A stretch of 63,350 nt of DNA, filler included, from Reticulomyxa filosa (Eukaryota > Protista > Foraminifera): NCBI GenBank assembly GCA_000512085.1. It is 16 parts of 16 records of this genome, joined end to end, with 100 filler letters (N's around TTAATTAATTAA, not from the genome) between each part and the next. Parts side by side here need not be neighbours in the genome. Positions count along the whole stretch, not along the records: positions 50,857 to 53,923 come from ASPP01028357.1; positions 54,024 to 55,624 come from ASPP01035821.1; positions 55,725 to 57,526 come from ASPP01008490.1; positions 57,627 to 60,268 come from ASPP01004951.1; positions 60,369 to 61,992 come from ASPP01028961.1; positions 62,093 to 63,350 come from ASPP01026746.1; 10 more parts are not named here. The stretch is one strand, 5' to 3'. Shown one piece after another: positions 50,857 to 63,350 of this stretch. The position numbers and the translations under genes are program-made. Position 1 is the stretch's first letter; the number at the start of each line of letters is the position of its first letter. A model generated the notes under the pieces. That model did not search any database. It saw only the letters and a program-made list of their open reading frames with translations, and was not told where the DNA came from.

Positions 50857-53300
50857 TGGCTCCATCTATTTTTCAAAAGGAGAATTTCTGTGATTGGAAG
50901 TTTCTCAATACACATTGGTTTATTCCAAAATGGGAATTTATCGCTATCCACTTTTAGGACTCCAACTTCTTTGCATGAATGTAGGCTCTGGATAATGTCG
51001 ATAATTTTCCGAACAACAAAATCTTTCTCCTGGTTTAATATCATGATTTCTTTGCCAAATTTGAAATCCTAAAGTCATGTTGTGATCAGGAAATTTATTT
51101 GATCAACAAATACACTTATGATATAGCTTCACTTCTTCTTGTTGACGTCGTAATTTTAATGGAGGAATTTGTGATAAAATGTTTACCGTATTGTATGAAG
51201 TGGAGTTCATGACTCCAAGAATTCTGCACATGGTCGATCTTTGAATTTTGTCAAGATGACGCTTATGTGAATTTGCTGCACCATTCCAGAGTGCACTAGC
51301 ATATTCCAAAGAAAGTCTAATTATGGCTTTGTATAATATGTTATAAACAGATAAATTGGGCGAATTCCCTTATAAGAGCACAGAAATGTTAAATAACTAA
51401 GTTTCCTGTCTACCTTTCCATACCATAATTAATATGACTTTGATACGTAAATTTGTAGTCCATAATTAATCACAAGTACTTCACATGTTCTGCTTCTTGG
51501 ATTGTAGTGTTATTTAATGTTAATTGCATTTTTGAAAATTTTGTTTTATTTTTCATTCTGAAAGTGATGGATTGGGTCTTATCTGGAGCCATAAGCATTT
51601 TCCATCTGTAGACCCACAGAGATACGCCTTCTAGACTTTGTTTGCAATAAATTCAGTTGTTTGTTCATTTACTGTTGATCAATGATATAAATTGAGTTCC
51701 ACAATGCGACGTCATCTGCAAACATACCGCAATGAATTGGATCTTGTACTACTTCAGTGATATCATTGATATACAGAAGAAACAACAATGGAGATAATGC
51801 CGAATCTTGTGGAACACCAGTATCAAATTCTTTTTCACTGGAACTGACACCATTTAGTACAACTTGACCGACTCTATCTTTTAAGAAACTATCGAGCCAC
51901 CAGTACATCCTTCAATTGATTCCAAATTCTTTTTGCATCTTGTAACGCAATTCATCTCTACAAAAACTATCATAATCAGATGAAATGTCGAGAAGTTACC
52001 AACACTGGAAAGCAATGCAATTGGACTGTAATTTTTGCATATGGTGTGATCTCGATCTGGTTTTGGAATAGGAACAATATTGGCACGTTTCCACAGCCTA
52101 GAAACATATCCAATTTTGAAACTCCAATCGAAAAGTAATAACATAGAGTCAATCATTGGTTGCCATCCTTTTTTTAACATCTGTTGTGTATGTCATCAGG
52201 ACCTTGTGGCTTGTATGCCGAAATGTATCTCAATGCCTCAATAATTTCTTCTTCTGTTATTGTTACTTGGTGATATTCCAAATTTTGATCACAATTATTT
52301 ATTTCATTTTTTTTTCATTTCAATTGCAGATGCAATTACATCCTCTACATACTGATAATGTTCTTTTATTTCTTCTGAAAAGTTTGGAGGCTGTGGCGGT
52401 TGTGCAAACCATGATATTAATAATTCTGCTTTTTCATTGTCTGTTTGGCTCCATAACCTAATGTAATGAATTTATTTTGATGGGATGCAAATGATCTTTG
52501 AGTTGCATGTAAATATCATCTGCACAAAATACATGTTCTTCATGTTTCAATGCAGAATTGATTATACAAATTCTGGAATTGATCACTATTGATGATTCTG
52601 TTCTTTTTCTTCAACCGAAAACATTACTGAAGGAGACATATGTGTGGTCGAACTGCATGAAGATTTTGCTCCAGCAGTTGGGTTTTTGAATAAAAACCGT
52701 TGGCATTATTTTGGGAAATGATCAACTCATTCATTGATCAAATTCCATGTCACTGGTTTTTTTACTGATGTTTTCTTTTTTGTTTTGCAGAGGCTGAAGT
52801 AATGGGGCTAATAGTCGGAATGAATTTGAAAGTTATTTCACAATTAAACAAAGATCGGCGATTTCCTTCTGTAATTGGGAAATTTCGTTGATATTGTTGT
52901 TGTTTTGATTATTGTCCTTATGTTTGTTTTGAATCTGATTTTGGCTTTTGCTTATCCTATTGATCAAATCTTTTTTGTTATTTGTTCTAGAGCCATTGGA
53001 CTTTGGAGCCTCAACTTTTCTTGTTGGCTCTGACTCCTTATTTTTTGATAATATTTGAATATTGTTTGGTTTTTGCACAGTTTTATTTTCAGTCAGATTC
53101 ACTTTTTGTTCTTTCTTCAAGATGAAAAGTTTTTCTTACTTTTTCATTTTGATTCTATTGTTTTTGACTTACATTTTACGATAGTTTTCACTTGGATCAC
53201 AATCATAATCCGATTGCGTGCTCGCCATTTCAATAACCACAATATTGTAGTGTTCCAGATAAGTTCTTGATATCTATTAATTTTTCATGCATACAGACAT
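50857..53300 (-). mobile_element. Degenerate non-LTR (LINE-like) retrotransposon
   Basis: RT motifs WKRANIVPIPKP..NYSPIALLSSVG, GVPQDSALSPLLFLLYINDI and FADDVALW, plus thumb LEYASALW..LDKIQR..RILG. Many stops and frameshifts. A basic Asn/Lys-rich ORF1-like remnant lies at 52833-53120; the upstream boundary is uncertain. Confidence 0.88.
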
Positions 53301-53478
53301 AACACTACAAAGTAAGACAATTATACTTCCACCAAATTTTGATGTTTTTATGATTGTATTTTCAGGTAAGTAGTGATCATTGTATCTTCTAATTATGAAT
53401 CTTTCAATAAATACATTTTAAATTAATTTTTCTTTCATAATGGAAAAGCACTTTTTCAAATAATCGAATGTCAATTAC

Positions 53479-53923
53479 TTGTACTTCTTTGCAAAACAAC
53501 ACAATGCAGAAGCAGAACAACGTACACAACAATTGAACGATGTTGAAGTCACTGAAATAACTGCTGCTTTCATCCAAGTAAATCTCAGGAAAGAACAAAA
53601 TTGTTCCGAAATGAAAGTGGAGTTCCCAGAAACATACTGGAACAGGAACGAAACGGTATTAAATGCAGAAGTGCCCACATTTGATCTGGAATATAGGTCA
53701 AAAATCGGTAACATAGGTTCTGTTGAGACAAACACAATGAGACGGAAAGTTGAACCAATAAGCACGCGTCTGATCGATTCAGAAGAAAATGTTGATAACA
53801 AGAAATCGAAAAATATTTCAACAGGGTTGGCATTAGAAGCAGCCAACAGATTTATATTAATTTTTGGAGGCAGTCGAGGTAAATTCCCGGAATGGAGGAG
53901 ACAATTATTAAAATGGAAAACGA
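53479..53923 (+). CDS. Hypothetical ORF, possibly a retrotransposon Gag N-terminal fragment
   Basis: Open to the contig edge. It ends in FILIFGGSRGKFPEWRRQL, loosely like the IPxFxG...W Gag motif. Confidence 0.25.
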
Positions 53924-54057
53924 NNNNNNNNNNNNNNNNNNNNNNNNNNNNNNNNNNNNNNNNNNNNTTAATTAATTAANNNNNNNNNNNNNNNNNNNNN
54001 NNNNNNNNNNNNNNNNNNNNNNNAAAAAAAAAAAAAAAGATGGTTAAACACCATTAA

Positions 54058-55590
54058 TTACACTTGAGTGTTGATTTGGTAGCCTTGAATTTCTGCTTGC
54101 TGTACACGTAAATCAATATGTGCTCTCAATAGATCATTGATTTGCTTGCCCTATTGTTCATTGCATCATTCACATACATACATTATGTGTTATTACAAAG
54201 GACACATAAAAAAAAGAAAGCATGGAATTATACACAAAATATTACCAGCATGGTTGCAAATTGATATTTCTTTTGTGTCATCAAAGTACCAGCGACAAAC
54301 AAAAAGGCATTGGAACGGAATCCATACGTTAAAATTTCTTCCATTTTGTACTTTTCCATGATTTTGTTATTATAAGGATCAACAAAGATGACACCGTTTT
54401 CACTGATTCCCAAAACGAGATCATCTTGTTCTTGTGATTTAGTTTTTTTTAATCGAGACACACGAACAGCACGGAAAAAGCAATTTCCAAAGTATTGCGG
54501 TGAAGCCTCTTTGCGCAACAGCTCTAAATATTTTCTATATGCATCAGGCTTATCCAAATGCTTATGTGCAGTGTGTAATTTCAACACTTTGCTTTCGGCT
54601 TCTTCAGGACGATACTTTCGTAAGTAAGTATAGGGTATATAATTTTCGACTTCCGCATTCATGACACCGGTGATATAAAAGTTGTCATCTTTCAACCCGT
54701 GGTTGGCTTGCAATTGAATCGCTGCCAACTGGAACGCATGCTCTTCACTCAATGGATACAACCCGTGCAACACATGCCATGCAGCCGTCACAAAAGCCAC
54801 TTTCCATTCTTGACGGGAATATGAAGTTTCTTGTGCCTTTGAAAATAGCTTGCATTTGTAAACAAATGCCACTTTGCGATCTTTTTTTTTTTTACTGCGT
54901 TTCCACGATGACACAACATCCATTATACGTTCACTCATTTCCAATTCTCGATCCATTGGCACTGTATGGTTACGTATATTGTATAAATATATATACATAC
55001 ATATATACATATACATATATATATATAGTGTCATTAATACTATGTCGATTGTAACACAAAACTGTTTTGTAAATCGTTAATCTTTTGTTCTCGCTCCATT
55101 TTATCTCTTTTTTCGTAAATATCTTTATCCCATCCAGGCCTTGGCTGCTCACATTCAAACAGACCAAATGATTCGGGATGTTTCATTCGATATGTGTCCG
55201 CCATTGCTTTTTGGACTTGCGACGCTCTTGTTTGGGAGGTGACTAACAGCGTTCGATGGGAATTATCCAAAAATTGGACTTTAATACTAATCGGACCACG
55301 CACTTCAATACGTTTTATTTCATCTGGCATTGGCTGCACACGACGCTGTGTAGCTTCCATTGTTCGATCCAAGGCCTTCAATGCAAATGTCGCAGCTTCA
55401 CCGACATTCCCTGCCTCTTTGGTTTGTTGGTACAAATAGCATGCCAAATAGTTGGCAAACTCATCGCTGGGTGGGAATATGCTTGCACAAATGCACATCA
55501 ATTTCCACGACTGCTGTAATGACTCCCTATTGTAAACACACAATTTATTATTTGCTTACAAAAGTTTACTTCTTATTCGTCGAGCCGAGC
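54058..55590 (-). CDS. MyTH4-FERM tail (unconventional myosin or kinesin), 5'-partial, spliced
   Basis: SWKLMCICASIFPPSDEFANYL and RRVQPMPDEI (MyTH4). Then KVQFLDNS, FGLFE, GLYPLSEEHAFQLAAIQLQ, YFGNCFF and LVLGISENGV (FERM). The last exon ends at TAA 54058. Confidence 0.88.
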
Positions 55591-55942
55591 CGAGACAATA
55601 ACCAAAAAAAAACAAAAAAAAAAANNNNNNNNNNNNNNNNNNNNNNNNNNNNNNNNNNNNNNNNNNNNTTAATTAATTAANNNNNNNNNNNNNNNNNNNN
55701 NNNNNNNNNNNNNNNNNNNNNNNNAAAAAAAAGTTATTAAAAAATCAATATCATATTTAAAAACTACAAGACTTGTAGATATTTTTAAAAAAAAAAATTA
55801 GGTCTAAATGTTAATTTTTCATTGATAAAATCAATTATCATCATAATATATGTTTTAGGCGTTCAGTTTTCTTTGCAACCTACTGTACAAATTGCAATCA
55901 TTATTTTCATGAAATTGATAATGCTGATTTGGTAATATATTT

Positions 55943-56094
55943 TGCAATATGTTTAGCAAATTTTAATACATCTATATTCTATACATCTTCTAAAGTTAAA
56001 CCATTAGATTCTACCATATTTGTATTTTTTTAATACTTTATCTAATTCATTCCAATGTCTTTGTCTTAATACATCACACCAAATATATTTTTAT
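55943..56094 (-). pseudogene. Second short relic of the same dynein heavy chain segment
   Basis: Aligns by eye with 34892-35077: TTTAGCAAATTTTAATA.ATCTATATTC.ATA.ATCTTCTAAA.TTAAACCATTAG.TTCTAC...TTCATTCCAAT...TTGTCTTAATACA...CACCAAATATATTTTTAT. Confidence 0.85.
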
Positions 56095-57626
56095 ATATAC
56101 TTTGTGTTTCTGATCTCTCATTTGATTATTGGCTCCATATCATCGAATGATAACATAAAAAGTTGGAATGATTTCTATAGCAGCAATTTGAAATACAGTC
56201 GAATCACTTCAATTAAGTAGTACTATCTTTTGCTATTAATTATTTTGTCATTATATAAATACTCTGGAAATACTATTCAAATATCGTTATATATGCACAT
56301 TCAAAACTTTTTGAGTAGTCTTCGGATATCTGACTTTTAGTTTTCTTTGGAGCGCCTCTATCTTTTTCATAACAGTTTCTAAACAAAAAGTCAATTTAAA
56401 CAAATCATCACATTGAAAAATTTAGCAAGATTAAAATAAAAAAAAGTTCAACATTTTTTATTCCAAAAATACAATATTGTATTCATTAAAACACAAATAA
56501 ATCCAATTTTTAAAGGATGAAAAAATTCTTTTTTCATAATAACAAAATTTCATCAGTTCCATCGCGTCGCGTCAGAGTATCAATCAAAAAAAAGGTTTGT
56601 TTGCAAAACATGAAAAAAAATATACATCAGTTTTTATCTTTAACCAATTCATTTTTTTTCTTGGAAAAAAAAATCTTAGATGTAATACGGAATCAATCTA
56701 CAAAATCATCATAATCTCTTTTATAAAGTTTTAATCTTTGTCTATTTAATGTATTAGTCATTGCCAATTGAAATAACTTTTCAAAAATGTTTTTTGAAAC
56801 TCTTTTATATTTCTGAAATAAAATAGAATGTATAACAATTTTGAAAAAGAACAATGAAAGATTTGCAAGAGTTTGAGTAAATTATCAATATTTACGACAG
56901 CATTAAACTTGTAAGGATGCATAATGTGTACTTGATAATTCTTTTAAACTAATAAAGAATTGTCTACATAGAATAAGAAAATTATTTTGAATGTTTTCTT
57001 TTTTTGTGAACATTTTTTTTTCATTCATGGGAGTTCCAACGTCATCATTATCATCATCGTCATATCATCATTAGAACACATGTATATGATTTTTTTGTTG
57101 CAGTTCTTAAGCCACTACCTATTTGTTGTATCATGGCGCTTAACATTGGTTGATGGGTCCGTGGCAAAAGGTGTCATTGTGCGTTGTCATTCTTTAAGTT
57201 CACGTAAGTTGTGAGAAATCTTTTATTACGTACGCTTTTTCATTTTTTTACTTTTGTAGAGAAAATGACGCACAAAGTAAGTGTATATGAAGGGGAGTGA
57301 GTGATGATATAAAAAGAATTAGTCGACATATTAATGCAAATTTTCTGTTTTATGTCTATCATTAAGGTTGATTATGGTTGTGAACAAATGGGCAAAGTAA
57401 CAGCGACATTGAACTCATTGCGTACCCCTTTGGACATGTTCATATGATCAAACAAGCACGATATGCACAAAGTAAGATCTTCAGAAGATATCTAGTAATA
57501 CATAGAAAATTTTTTGAAGCTTTGAANNNNNNNNNNNNNNNNNNNNNNNNNNNNNNNNNNNNNNNNNNNNTTAATTAATTAANNNNNNNNNNNNNNNNNN
57601 NNNNNNNNNNNNNNNNNNNNNNNNNN

Positions 57627-57664
<38 letters not shown>

Positions 57665-57777
57665 TGTCATTGTGTATCTCTAAATCTAAAATGCAAAGAT
57701 GAACGTAGTATGAACTTTGGAGAAAGTGAAAAGACTTTTGATGGAATGATGCAACGAATCCAGAAAAATTTTGGAGT

Positions 57778-58296
57778 GTGTTCAACAGCTACTTTGAATA
57801 TCCGACTGCTAAAGAGTGCATGGCATTGTTGGCGAAACCCATGGAATGCACGCTACCGATTCCACCTTTGCCGATGATGAACCACGCACATAACACCGGC
57901 CACAAAGATCTGCTCGACGATTCATCGAATCACAATCCGGAAATTGATCACATTTTAGATCAATGCGGAATCAAACAGTCAATCATCCACAGCAACGTGA
58001 TACACTTGCAAGAGCATAGCATGTGTCAACGTGTGCTCAGTATACATTTGCCGGAGGATCTAAAAGAGTGGTGGTTTGATCGTCCCGATGATTATGCACA
58101 TCACCCATCCATGGATGATAATATCGAAATATTTGACCCTTTGTTACATTACGACAGCAACAAGATGTCCCGTCCAATCCCAAGTTTACTGATGTGGAGA
58201 GTGTGCTCCGAAATTAAATCCATGAATGCTTCTTTGCGGACGACTTACAAGGCCCAAAAAATGACTTTAATCCAACACGATCTTTATTTTTTTTGA
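57778..58296 (+). CDS. Terminal exon of a hypothetical protein
   Basis: 172-codon ORF with coding-like GC, preceded by a (TA)n intron-like tract. No recognised motif. Confidence 0.5.
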   Translation: MFNSYFEYPTAKECMALLAKPMECTLPIPPLPMMNHAHNTGHKDLLDDSSNHNPEIDHILDQCGIKQSIIHSNVIHLQEHSMCQRVLSIHLPEDLKEWWFDRPDDYAHHPSMDDNIEIFDPLLHYDSNKMSRPIPSLLMWRVCSEIKSMNASLRTTYKAQKMTLIQHDLYFF

Positions 58297-58630
58297 GCAT
58301 TAAAAAAAAAAAAATTGTTCAAATTATTTTTCAATAAACAAGCCTTGTTGATAATTTTTTAAAAAGAATTTCTTTCAATGGATATGATTTGATTTTCAAT
58401 TTAAAAAAATAATCAATACAACTTCCCTTATGAAAAAAAGTTATGCAAGTTAGTTAATATGCCGAAAGGAAAATATTTGTTTGTAAACAATTGCAATTCA
58501 CCAACGCAAAAAAAATACTCTTTAGTATAATAGTTTGAATATAGCGCAAGACGAACTCACAAATTGATAAAACATTTTATTCCTGCGAGCAGAAAAAATA
58601 AAAAATAAAATAAACAATAAAAAAATATTT

Positions 58631-60198
58631 TTAAGATTGATTGTTTTGAATACGATATTGATGTAATCTTGGGAACAATGGTCGTATATGTTTGAAAATA
58701 ATTTCATACTTGACGACTTTTTTTTCTGGTGGACAATCACCAATTACCTAAGACAAGCCAAGACACCAAAGATTGTATCTTTGTTTCATTTTAATGAGAA
58801 AAAAAAAGCTATAACTGGTTGTATGATCGAGCAAATTTGTCTGAATTCATTGACATAATCTTCATATTTTTGATACAACAATGGCACATCCAAGTTGAAA
58901 AACGCATCATATAGCGATATATCCCAAATGGATTGATCTCTTTCTTTTGTCGACGTGTTTTCTCTATTTTTGAGCCATTGGATCATTGCCAATTTCAAAT
59001 TTTTTGTTTTGATATGTCCGAGTATAATTCTCATTTGTTTTCCAAGTTCCTTAAAGCATGAAGGAAGTATTTAATATACACACACATATACATATATATA
59101 TGCATATATATATATATAAATATACAACTCGTCAAGATTACCAAAAAAAAAAAAACTTCATCATCAAGAGGGTATTTGGTAAGTCCTGAATCGATAATAG
59201 GTGTAATTCGAAGTTTATTCCAATCCGATTCTTGCAAAAGCCAATTATAATCCAATTTTCTCTGAGCAAAGTACCACAAAAGATTCCAGTATTCGTCTGG
59301 ATGATGCAATCGTAAATTTTCGCAATCTTCCAAGCGTTGACGAAATTTGCTAACAATGATTTCCATCGATCTCCTCAAATACAAAGGCGAGAGATAGGTA
59401 ACGTTGAAATCTAATGGGACTTGTTTTTCCGTTGACGTTTCTGTGGCCATGCATTGGATGTGAATTTTGGGAACCAAAGTGTTCAAGTTGCAAGCATTGC
59501 AATTTATTTCAGTTGAAAGAAAGTCCTCAGGCCAATTGGCCATTACTTGCGCGTCAGAAAGAATATATCCACAATGGCATTGCTGTCGAGTGTCTATTTT
59601 AATACTACTGTAATTAATCTGTAGTGTTGTCTTTTCACGTGCTTTTTCTTGTTCTTGTTGTTCTTGTTGTTCTTCTTGTTCTTCTTTCGTTTCGATAATG
59701 TCAACATTGGAATGGTCAAGGCTCGGTGTCAATGGATTTAAAGGGGACAGAGCAGGTAACGACAGATGGGTTTGAATTTTTGCATATTTCTTATTCAAAT
59801 TTGTATTTGTATTTAAATGTATGTTTGTGTTTTTGTCGTCATCTTGTTCGTGTTTCTCATCAGCGATAAAGTTACTTTGCACCTTTGCAAAGTCTTGTGG
59901 AGAGGTTTCTTTGGCCTCGTCGAGAAGCGGGAAAGGACTGCCTCTGTTTCGACCAGGCTTGATTAGGACCATGGAGTAGCTTCTCGAATTCGGAGTCAAA
60001 AACGTCGGACTCGACATGCTGGCCCTTTGAAACTCGGACACGCCTCGCAAAGAGCGTCCTCGATTGCCATCCCACACTTTGGCCTGCAGAGAGTTGGGCG
60101 TGCCGCTGCTCGCCATGGCGTTGGTGTAGGCCCCGTATGTGGCTTGTGAGGGTTGAATTCCTTGACTCTTCAGCAACTTGAATAGTTTTTTGGCTTCC
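58631..60198 (-). CDS. DENND4/Crag-like Rab GEF, C-terminal part with PPR-like motif
   Basis: PPR-like EAKKLFKLLKSQGIQPSQATYGAY, then CHCGYILSDAQVMANW..CNAC..VPKI, VTYLSPLYLRRSME and HPDEYWNLLWYF. Two further introns lead to TAA at 58631. Confidence 0.75.
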
Positions 60199-60222
60199 TA
60201 TGTGAGTTTATTCATATTCATA

Positions 60223-60265
<43 letters not shown>

Positions 60266-60368
60266 AATNNNNNNNNNNNNNNNNNNNNNNNNNNNNNNNN
60301 NNNNNNNNNNNNTTAATTAATTAANNNNNNNNNNNNNNNNNNNNNNNNNNNNNNNNNNNNNNNNNNNN

Positions 60369-60554
60369 CGCACAGCCTTTGTCCGAAACAAGTGATATTT
60401 CGTACGTCTGTGTTGGGTCTTCTTTTCTTTCGGCATTATTTTCTGTTATTTTCAACTCGTTTTTCTTTTGTGTTAAGTTATGCACAAACATCAGCTGGGT
60501 AATGAGCATGAAGAATAACGCTACTAAAATTGTTGGCCATCCCAATTCAGACAT
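60369..60554 (-). CDS. N-terminus of a type II membrane protein, 3'-partial
   Basis: ATG after an AT-rich upstream region, a hydrophobic anchor and a stem. Runs into the gap. Confidence 0.45.
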
Positions 60555-61487
60555 TATTCTCAGTCAAAAAAGGATACTTTCAAAATCGCAGAAACAAAAC
60601 TTGTTCAAAACTCGTAAAAACTAATTTTAATCCCAGAGCTTCAAAAATATATATTTTAATAAAGGAATTGAAAATTTTCTGATTAAAAATGAGATTAATA
60701 ATCATGATTTTTTAAATTTAGGTCTAAAAAGTTGTGTTAAAAGATATAACGTGAGTATATTACAAAGTTAGCCACTTTGATACTGTTTCAAGAAAATTTA
60801 AATCAAGCAGTGATTTCATTGCTTTTGTGATCACTGTAGTTCAAAAAAAATTGAACTATACAAAAATATTTCCCTTTCGATCATAAAATATCATAAGATT
60901 ATAATGCACCCAATATACTTGTCTTGTGTTTCTAGAAAAGAATACTTTACCACCAGCTACATCATTTTCACTTTTCAAAAAAAGGGCAAAAAAAGGCGTT
61001 ATAATTATTGTTAAGCGTTAGTTACGTTCTATGATATCTTTTGGGGGTGATTAATGAATTTCAGCAAATTGTTTTCAATTACGTTATGTAAATTTGTTCT
61101 GTTGACGTATTTTGTTTATGTCACATATTTTTGGCGACGTAATAGATAAATACTTTAAAGAAGTAAAGGTCTCAAATTGAATAAAAAAATAATTTTTGCA
61201 TCAACTAGAGGAATGATCATAACAAACAAAACTGTCTTGATACAATCCAGCTTTTTCTTTCAAAGGAGTAACAAATCGGAGTATTTTATTCGTAATTCAA
61301 AAAAAAAATTGTGATACTTGTCAATATTTTTTCTGACAGCTTATTGTTGAAAAACTTGTAAGATACGTTGAAATTGTACAAAAAATCCACTTAACAAAAA
61401 AAACTCTACAAGCTTAAACAAAAACTCTAAAAAACTTTAAACAAGTCTTCAGCAAAAATTTTCAACGTTTCAGAGAAAAAAGTCCCC

Positions 61488-61850
61488 ATGGGCGGCCAAA
61501 TAGGAGCAGAAGAAAACCTTCTTGCACAAACTGCAAGTATTAACGAAGAAAAAAATGACAATGGTAAAGCACAAAGTGAAAGCGGACAATTAAATTCAAT
61601 CAAACAAAAATTGAAGCGATACCACCAATCACAAGATAAATTGGCTCCATTATTTGGTGATCCTGAACAATCCATTGACACGTGCTACATTCGATTGGCT
61701 CTTTTGACCCAACAACAATTCCAGCAACAAAAAGACAAAATGATTAACAATCAAAAAAAAAAGGAAAAGATAAAAAATATGATGGTTATAAAGAAGAAAA
61801 TGGAAAATGGCCAAATTCATTGGATTATTCATTAATCTATGGAAATCAAA
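61488..61850 (+). pseudogene. Truncated paralog of the putative NACHT-family N-terminus
   Basis: KQKLKRYHQSQDKLAPLFGDPEQSIDTCYIRLALLTQQQFQQ. A frameshift in the A run at ~61755 continues as ENGKWPNSLDYSLIYGNQT, and no P-loop follows before the (TG)n tract at the contig end. Confidence 0.55.
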
Positions 61851-63350
61851 CTGTGAAAGCCAAAATCATCGATCAAACAACCAAGGATCAGCGAATATTA
61901 CTTTATGTCATCGTAATCAGGCAGTAATGTCCTGAGAGCCTTTTGTAACCCAAAAGTGTGAGTTTTGAAAAAGGCGTGTGTGTGTGTGTGTGNNNNNNNN
62001 NNNNNNNNNNNNNNNNNNNNNNNNNNNNNNNNNNNNTTAATTAATTAANNNNNNNNNNNNNNNNNNNNNNNNNNNNNNNNNNNNNNNNNNNNCAGCGTCT
62101 TTTAGGGATTGCATTGTGTCTATCCTTTTCATTCACATTTATCTCCTTTCTTCTCTCAATAGTTTTACATTTCTTATACGATTCATCACCGCTTGTCATA
62201 TTTCTTGACATAACTCATATATCACCAATACTATTCGTCGATCTTTTTTTCTGTTCTCCTTTCTTTAAGCTAATCTTTTTCTTCTTCCTCTTTCTCTTGC
62301 TTTCATTCCAACTCTAAAGTATACCATTCTACAGTGAAAAGATCAATATTTACAATGTTTTGATTAAGACATTATTACACAACTGAAAATATGATATACA
62401 AATAACATATACCTTGAAATAGGGTATGTTGTCTTTGTCATCTTCTGTGGTCACTCTAGCAAGGTTATATTTTAAGGTCAGCAATGTAATTGTGGATATG
62501 CCAATAGATACATTTGTGAAGCCGATCCAAATATTATTGAGCACGATCCGAATTTTTTGGGTTTTCTGGACGTTATTAAATGCACTTGTACTTGCACCTT
62601 TTTCCAGAGGAATTACGCATTTACTTGATAACGACGACATGTAATAGATTGGAAGCCGTGTTCACAAATCGATTATCTATGTTCAGTATTTGATTGTTCT
62701 TTAATGCAATTTGAAGAGGATGCAATTTGCGCACACTATTATCGGAGGGGGGGGGTCATGTGGCTCATAAACAGTGTCAATATCATCTGCCACTGAGAAT
62801 AAGACGTTCGATGCTCCCAATTCGGCCAAACATGGTCAGTAACGGAATATATATATTATATACAGACTCTGCTCTGAATATAAATTATTAATCCCTAACG
62901 CCTTCACTTGGATAACATTTTTTGTTTCAAATCTATATATGTATTTACAGAAATAACACATTAATTGGAGACTATTGGGGAAAAAAAAAAAGAAAGATAA
63001 CTATTTGTTTTAAATTCACTTCAACTGGCTGGCCTTCTTTTTTTTTTTTTTGATAGAGAGACTCGAACATGAGTAATTTGGCTTATATGAAATCTTGACA
63101 AAATTGGCAGTCCCAGAAATGGCTTGAAATTACAGTTTGTTATTTGCCACCTTTTTTCTACAGCGAATATCCAGATGAATCTTTGGATCAATTGAACTTG
63201 ATGATGCTAAATAAGGATATAGAAATATCATTGTAATTATTGTCATCAGCACATTTTGATTGATGAATTGGAAGTTTCCATTCAATAGCTTGTTTATCAC
63301 AACATCTGATTAATTCATTTAAACTATATTATTATCATCTCAACTCAATT

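Noticed and set aside
62093-63350. Coding-like fragments on the minus strand
   Set aside because: Broken by stops and frameshifts with no motif I can name. Likely pseudogene debris.

Overview
This window is not one locus. It is 16 short contigs joined by 15 artificial 100-nt spacers (N44-TTAATTAATTAA-N44). Contig 1 (1-1386) is bacterial in character, with a sulfotransferase and a GT25 glycosyltransferase. The other contigs come from an AT-rich, intron-containing protist. Gene content and style suggest a foraminiferan such as Reticulomyxa filosa, but this is inference, not a search result. Recognisable genes: TMEM143/DUF3754, a large coiled-coil protein, an Alba + EF-hand-like protein, Aurora kinase, two Cys-less pentameric ligand-gated channels, importin-9, NADPH-cytochrome P450 reductase, a ~1800-aa Kelch/beta-helix class C GPCR, a MyTH4-FERM tail and a DENND4-like protein. 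There are also decayed dynein, LINE and putative NACHT-family fragments. Three signals stand out. (1) A ~2-kb domain inside an intact exon (31310-33420) has almost no G/C-ending synonymous codons, and codon endings switch from A to T across it; the dynein relic shows the same A/T saturation. (2) Most introns have inverted polarity (U-rich 5' end, A/purine-rich tract before AG) and are often self-complementary. (3) Several receptors and regulators have unusual domain architectures. All family calls come from motif recognition by eye, and splice models were read manually.
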